In this document: piece after piece, positions 56,708 to 64,000 of the stretch
Position numbering within the stretch: the stretch's first letter is position 1
How the letters are laid out: every line of letters begins with the position of its first letter
Source: Acidobacteriota bacterium
GTDB taxonomy: Bacteria > Acidobacteriota > Vicinamibacteria > Vicinamibacterales > CAVVIG01
Length of the DNA stretch: 64,000 nucleotides
Direction: 5' to 3'
NCBI GenBank assembly: GCA_018268955.1
Contig: JAFDVO010000003.1
Coordinates: 138,580-202,579 of the forward strand
Notes under the pieces: generated by a model
What the model was told of the DNA's origin: nothing
Database searches by the model: none
Seen by the model: the letters and a program-made list of their open reading frames with translations, nothing else
Translations under genes and position numbers: made by a program

Positions 56708-57588
56708 AGCCGAGGGTGGCGTTGACGGTTGGCGATCCGGCGGGCATCGGACCGGAGATCGTGGCGAAGGCAGCGGTCGACCCGCGCGTGCTGGAGGTGT
56801 GCGAGCCGATCATCTACATGCCCCCCGGGACTCAGTCGTTCCAGCCGGGTGTGTTGTCGGGCGCGGCTGGGCTGGCCTCGTACGAGGTGCTGCTGCGTGC
56901 CGTTGCCGATGCGCAGGCGGGCACCGTCGATGCGATTGCCACGGCCCCGGTGAACAAGGAGGCGTTCAAGCTCGCGGGGCTCCCGTGGGCGGGGCACACT
57001 GACCTGCTCGCGCACCTCACCGGCGCGCCGGAGGTCGCGATGATGTTCCACTCCGACGAGCTCCGGGTCGTCCTGGCGACGATTCACATCCCGTTGTCGG
57101 AGGTGCCACGCGCGATCACGAAGGACCTGATGGTCCGCACGATCCGGCTGGTTCACCGTGAGCTGCCGCGGTTCGGCCTCGCGCACCCGCGCATCGGCGT
57201 CGCTGGGCTCAACCCGCACGCGGGCGAACACGGGCTCTTCGGACGCGAGGAGATGGAGCAGATGGTGCCGGCGGTCGACGCGTGTCGTGCGGAGGGCATC
57301 GCGGTCGAGGGCCCCTTCCCGGGAGACACGATCTTCGTGCGGGCGACGCGTGGTGATTTCGACGTCGTGATCGCGACCTACCACGACCAGGGGCTCATCC
57401 CGGTGAAGCTCCTCGCATTTGGCCACTCGGTGAACGTGACGATTGGGTTGCCAATCATCCGCACGTCGGTCGATCACGGCACGGCGTTCGACATCGCGGG
57501 CAAGGGGATTGCGGATCACGGCAGCATGGTGGCCGCGATCCTGCTGGCCGCCCGGCTCGCGCGGACGCGACGCGCGTCGACGGGCTGA
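56695..57588 (+). CDS. pdxA: 4-hydroxythreonine-4-phosphate dehydrogenase
   Basis: ALTVGDPAGIGPEI, GHTDLL, NPHAGE and TSVDHGTAFDIAG. The start is either 56695 or 56704. Confidence 0.9.
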   Translation: MQTMKPRVALTVGDPAGIGPEIVAKAAVDPRVLEVCEPIIYMPPGTQSFQPGVLSGAAGLASYEVLLRAVADAQAGTVDAIATAPVNKEAFKLAGLPWAGHTDLLAHLTGAPEVAMMFHSDELRVVLATIHIPLSEVPRAITKDLMVRTIRLVHRELPRFGLAHPRIGVAGLNPHAGEHGLFGREEMEQMVPAVDACRAEGIAVEGPFPGDTIFVRATRGDFDVVIATYHDQGLIPVKLLAFGHSVNVTIGLPIIRTSVDHGTAFDIAGKGIADHGSMVAAILLAARLARTRRASTG

Positions 57589-57623
57589 AGCCAGTCGCTA
57601 CAATTCCTTCATCTCCGTCCTAG

Positions 57624-57678
57624 CGTCACGCTTGGCGTGACGTCCGAGTCCCGAGTCCCGAGTTCCGAGTTCCGACCC
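57624..57678. repeat. hairpin (cgtcacgc-ttg-gcgtgacg) followed by heptamer repeats CCGAGTC/CCGAGTT
   Basis: gcgtcacgcttggcgtgacgtccgagtcccgagtcccgagttccgagttccgaccc lies between pdxA and smpB. Confidence 0.85.
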
Positions 57679-57736
57679 GTGGGCGGACTAGAATAGTCTC
57701 CGCGTTCACGGCCGGTGCCGCGGGCGCTGCAGCGTC

Positions 57737-58213
57737 ATGGCCGAGAAGACCGCGCGTGAACTCGCGCAGCAGAACATCGCCGAGAACCGCAAGGCGTTCC
57801 ACGACTACCACATCCTCCAGACGTGGGAAGCCGGGATGGTCCTGCTGGGCACCGAGGTGAAGTCGATCCGCGAGGGGCGCGTCAACCTGCGGGACAGCTT
57901 CGCCCGGGTAGAGAAGGGCGAGATCTGGCTCCACAGCGTCAACATCAGCTCCTACTCGCACCGCGGCTACGCCGACCACGAGCCGCTCCGGCAGCGCAAG
58001 CTGCTGCTGCACCGTGACGAGATCCGCAAGCTGATCGGACAGACCACCGAGAAGGGCATGACGCTCGTGCCGCTGCGGCTCTACTTCAAGAGCGGCCGCG
58101 TGAAGGTGGAACTCGGGCTCGCGAAGGGCAAGAAGGACTACGACAAGCGCGAGACGATCAAGCGACGCGAGGTGGAGCGCGAGACGCGGGCCGCCGTCAA
58201 GGCGCGGCAATAG
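57737..58213 (+). CDS. smpB: SsrA-binding protein
   Basis: [10 protein letters not shown]...[25 protein letters not shown]...LLLHRDEI. Confidence 0.95.
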   Translation: MAEKTARELAQQNIAENRKAFHDYHILQTWEAGMVLLGTEVKSIREGRVNLRDSFARVEKGEIWLHSVNISSYSHRGYADHEPLRQRKLLLHRDEIRKLIGQTTEKGMTLVPLRLYFKSGRVKVELGLAKGKKDYDKRETIKRREVERETRAAVKARQ

Positions 58214-58227
58214 TACAATTCGCGGTC

Positions 58228-59378
<1,151 letters not shown>

Positions 59379-59382
<4 letters not shown>

Positions 59383-60659
59383 TCACCCCCGACGCGCGGT
59401 CGGTGGCGCCGCGCGGGGCTCGCAGCGTTGGTGGTCCAACGCGGATCTTCATCGGGTTGCTGCTCGGCATCCTCGTCGGCTGGCTCTGGCCGTCGTTTGG
59501 CGCCTCCATCCGACCGCTCGCCGACCTCTTCCTGCGTCTGATCAAGATGATCGTCGCCCCGCTGCTCTTCTCGACGCTTGTCGTCGGCATCGCAGGGAGC
59601 GGCGACCTGAAGTCGCTCGGTCGCATCGGCCTGAAGGCGATCCTCTACTTCGAGGTGGCCACCACCATCGCGCTGGTGCTCGGCCTGGTCCTGACCAACG
59701 TCTTCCAGCCGGGCGCTGGCCTGGCGGTGCCGCTCGGAGGCGACACGTCTGCCGTGGCTGGCATGCAGCAGGCACAGCCGCACGCGTGGGATCTGGTCCT
59801 CCACATGGTGCCGACCTCCATCGTCGATGCCATGGCGCGTGGCGACATCCTGCAGGTGGTCGTGTTCGCGACCTTCTTCGGGGTCGCGGTCGCGTCCATC
59901 GGCGAGCACGGCCGGCCGGTGCTGGCGTTCATGGAGTCTGCGGCGCAGGCGATGTTCGCCGTGACGCGCTATGTGATGTGGTTCGCGCCGGTCGGCGTCT
60001 TCGCCGCGATTGGCGCGACGGTCGGCGGCAAGGGCATCGGCGTGCTGCTCACGCTTGGGAAGCTCGTCCTTGTCATGTACCTGGCGCTCGCGATCTTCGT
60101 GCTCGTCGTGCTCGTGGGCGTATCGGTGATCGTGCGCGTGCCGTTCCTCGCGTTCGCGCGCGCGATTCGTGAGCCGTTCCTGCTGGCCTTTTCCACGGCG
60201 AGTTCCGAGGCGGCGCTTCCTGATGCGCTGCGCGTGATGGAGCGGTTCGGCGTGCCGAAGAGCATCGTCGCCTTCGTCCTGCCGACCGGCTACAGCTTCA
60301 ACCTGGACGGAACGACACTCTACTTGTCTGCGGCGAGCCTCTTCGTGGCGCAGATGGCTGGTGTGTCGCTGACCACCGGGCAGCAGGTGCTGATGATGCT
60401 GACGCTGATGCTCGCGAGCAAGGGCGTGGCAGGGGTGCCGCGCGGCGCGCTCGTCGTGCTGACCGGCATGCTCACGCAGTTCGGGCTGCCGCTCGAAGGG
60501 GCGGCGATTCTGCTCGGCATCGATCAGGTGCTGGACATGGGGCGCACGGGCGTCAACGTCATGGGGAACTGCATTGCCACGGTCGTCGTCGCGCGCTGGG
60601 AAGGCGTGTTCGACGACCAGAAGATGCGGACGTTCGGATCGACAGGAGCGACAACGTAG
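59379..60659 (+). CDS. dicarboxylate/amino acid:cation symporter (DAACS family)
   Basis: Multi-TM protein with [21 protein letters not shown] and [21 protein letters not shown] overlaps the upstream stop. It is only the 3' part of track ORF 58320-60659. Confidence 0.85.
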
Positions 60660-60661
60660 CT

Positions 60662-61507
60662 ATGCGGATTGCGGTGGTGGGAGCACGCGGCCAGCTCGGC
60701 GCGGCTGTGGCGCACGTGGCTGGGGCACGGCACGAGGTGGTGGCTTTCGATCGAACGTCGCTCGACCTGACGAATGAAGCGGCGGTGGCGGATGCCCTTG
60801 GTGCGGCCGTTCCTGACGTCATCGTGAACTGCGCGGGCTACAACGCCGTTGACGCCTGCGAAAGCAACGCCGTGCAGGCGCTGCAGGTGAACGCGTTCGC
60901 GGTCCGGAGCCTCGCTCGCGTCGCCCGGGCAACGGGTGCCGCGCTTGTGCAGTACAGCACCGATTTCGTCTTCGAAGGCACCGCCACGTCGCCGATGACG
61001 GAGGACGTGCCGCCGAATCCCCGGAGCGTCTACGCCAGCTCGAAGCTGCTCGGCGAGTGGTTCGCGGCGGACGTGCCGCGTCACTACGTCCTGCGTGTGG
61101 AGAGCCTGTTCGGCGTTGCGCCTGGCGGGCCCGACAAGGGGAGCCTGACCGCGATTGTGAACGGCCTGCGGTCCGGCAGCGTCGTCAGGGTGTTCGGCGA
61201 CCGGACCGTAAGCCCGACGCACATCGAGGACGCGGTGGGCGCGACGCTTGCGCTGCTCGAGCGGGATGCCGAGCCTGGCCTCTACCACTGTGTGAACAGC
61301 GGCAGCGCGAGCTGGCACGAGATCGCCCTTGAAGCCGCACGCCTCCTCGGCGTCACCGCATCAATCGAGGTGATGACGCTGGACGCAGTGAAGCTACCCG
61401 CCGCACGCCCCCGGTACTGCGCGCTCTCGAACGCGAAGCTGAATGCCGCGATCGGCTACGACATGCCGACCTGGCAAAACGCTCTCGGGCGATATCTGAA
61501 TCGTTGA
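60662..61507 (+). CDS. rfbD: dTDP-4-dehydrorhamnose reductase
   Basis: MRIAVVGARGQLG Rossmann motif, NCAGYNAVD, STDFVFEG and YASSK. Confidence 0.85.
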   Translation: MRIAVVGARGQLGAAVAHVAGARHEVVAFDRTSLDLTNEAAVADALGAAVPDVIVNCAGYNAVDACESNAVQALQVNAFAVRSLARVARATGAALVQYSTDFVFEGTATSPMTEDVPPNPRSVYASSKLLGEWFAADVPRHYVLRVESLFGVAPGGPDKGSLTAIVNGLRSGSVVRVFGDRTVSPTHIEDAVGATLALLERDAEPGLYHCVNSGSASWHEIALEAARLLGVTASIEVMTLDAVKLPAARPRYCALSNAKLNAAIGYDMPTWQNALGRYLNR

Positions 61508-61721
61508 TCTGACGGTCAACGCAGTGGCCAGAGTCACTGCCGCTCAGGCACGACGTGCAGGTTCAGCGCGCATTGAACGGGATCACAGAGAAGCTGCCAT
61601 GAAAGCGGAGCTCCCGTACGGTTGAGTGCTCGAAGAATCAGCTCTTGTGCCGAGGCGGGACCGGTGACATCGGTCACGTCGGTTGCGGCCAAGAGGCCGT
61701 ACGGCGCCGTTCCCAGGAAGA

Positions 61722-62318
61722 TCATCGAACCGGTCTGGAAGACACCGACGCGAGCACCTCGGCGATCAGGTCCTGCGCGCTTCGTGACCTGGGAGAGAGC
61801 CGGACTCTAGAAGCGAGGCGAGACTTCATCGGCGTCACCGTGCCGCTACGATTCCGCCTTGCCACCGGGATCACGTGAAAGACGTCACCCGTAGCCGTGA
61901 TGCTGAACCGCCCGTTGTTGCCGCTGTTCCCGTATTCACGCACCACAGTCAGGAGGACCGGCCGAGGAGTGGGCACGTACTTGAGGCGGTTTGGTATTTC
62001 GAATCGAAACGGTCGCCCAACGGGAGCCACCACTCTGTGTTGAGAGTCGCGCACCCCATCGCGGCGGACTGACTCGGTTACGTCGACGAGATCGCCAGCG
62101 AACTCCCAACGAGGATCTTCGTAGGTGATTCTTGCGCCGAAGCGAGTTTCGAGCTGCAGCACCACATCGGCGAGGGGGCGCGGAGCGGATGACTCAAGGG
62201 TCTCGGCAGGCGCCTGAGCATCGATCAATTGAGTTGGAAGGCAGAAACCGATAGCTGCCAGTGACAGAGCAAGTGCCAGAATCGCGCGAGGCCGCGCCAC
62301 TTGGACTGAGGTAGTCAC
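61722..62318 (-). CDS. secreted hypothetical protein
   Basis: The signal peptide RPRAILALALSLAAIGFCLPTQLIDAQA is the only recognisable feature. Confidence 0.5.
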   Translation of the reverse strand: MTTSVQVARPRAILALALSLAAIGFCLPTQLIDAQAPAETLESSAPRPLADVVLQLETRFGARITYEDPRWEFAGDLVDVTESVRRDGVRDSQHRVVAPVGRPFRFEIPNRLKYVPTPRPVLLTVVREYGNSGNNGRFSITATGDVFHVIPVARRNRSGTVTPMKSRLASRVRLSPRSRSAQDLIAEVLASVSSRPVR

Positions 62319-62432
62319 GGGTAGACCCTTTCTTGGAGCACGCCGTCTCGCTCACTCCACACTGTGTTGGAAGTTATGCCCATCCGCAACATATTGATGC
62401 GGTAGCCATAGTCAGGTTCGCGTCTTACCGCA

Positions 62433-62600
62433 CCCGGGCTCTACCACTGCGTGAACAGCGGACGCGCCACCTGTCACGAGGTGGCTCTGGAGGCCGCCCG
62501 GCCGAAGTAATGCGCCCTCTCGAACGCGAAGGTGACCGCCGCGATCGGCTACGAGATACCGACCTGGCGGGAAGCGCTCGCGCGATACATCAAGCGCTGA
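62433..62600 (+). pseudogene. decayed 3' fragment of a second rmlD/rfbD-like gene
   Basis: gggctctaccactgcgtgaacagcgg...tgcgccctctcgaacgcgaaggtgaccgccgcgatcggctacgagataccgacctgg parallels rfbD 61276-61507 (GLYHCVNSG...CALSNAK...AAIGY..PTW). It has an internal deletion and in-frame stops. Confidence 0.75.
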
Positions 62601-62743
62601 ATTGCTGATCGCCAATTGCTGATTGCTAATCGAAGTGCGGACGCTGACAGCGCGGGCGGCTATCCTCTGACCTGCGTACGCCAGAGTCGTGCTCACGTGC
62701 TAGGACCGGAGAGGTATTTCATTTAGCAATTAGCATTCAGCAC

Positions 62744-62752
<9 letters not shown>
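62599..62752. repeat. AATTGCTGA-type low-complexity arms in inverted orientation flanking ~90 bp
   Basis: 62601-62630 is attgctgatcgccaattgctgattgctaat. 62721-62752 is atttagcaattagcattcagcactcagcaatcc, whose reverse complement is ggattgctgagtgctgaatgctaattgctaaat. A related tcgccaattgctgg lies at about 49406-49420. Confidence 0.7.

Positions 62753-64000
<1,248 letters not shown>

Overview
High-GC bacterial chromosome segment with Gram-negative-type envelope genes, in two clearly different parts. (A) About 1-35,490 is a mosaic integrative/mobilisable element, visibly less GC-rich than the rest. It starts with a tyrosine integrase cut by the window edge. A plasmid-like maintenance module follows: parA plus a small partner gene, iteron-flanked repA and an AT-rich patch. 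Next come an orphan 249-aa gene and a ~1.3 kb ORF-free, hairpin-rich stretch. The defence cargo is ParDE, an SNF2-helicase/large DPPY methyltransferase/helicase-nuclease trio, a second integrase, a GIY-YIG-like gene, a complete QatABCD system, DUF3768 and an extended Tpt1/KptA RNA 2'-phosphotransferase homolog. After that there are two duplicated small-hydrophobic-peptide cassettes (one split by an intact IS3/IS407-type IS with a 4-bp target duplication), replication-relaxation-like genes, a TraD/VirD4-like coupling ATPase with no T4SS, and three secreted-protein genes. The element ends at a truncated tRNA-Leu(GAG) just downstream of secG. (B) 35,576-64,000 is conserved core. It holds secG-tpiA-pgk-gap, an LPS core/lipid A/heptose cluster (waaA, lpxK, lpxL-like, waaF, gmhB, split hldE, waaC-like) interrupted by nadE, and tRNA-Val and tRNA-Asp. 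It also holds a frameshifted methyltransferase next to a cupin gene, PBP1A, holB, a PSP1 gene, pdxA, smpB, a DegT aminotransferase, a Na+/dicarboxylate-type symporter, rmlD (plus a decayed second rmlD 3' fragment), an FAD oxidoreductase and the start of gmd. Core intergenic regions carry unusual families of short tandem repeats (heptamers such as CCGAGTC/GACTTCT, a 16-mer array, AATTGCTGA-type arms). No rRNA and no CRISPR array were seen. All functional calls rest on motif recognition by eye, with no database searches. Many long ORFs in the track are antisense or out-of-frame shadows of high-GC genes and were not called.
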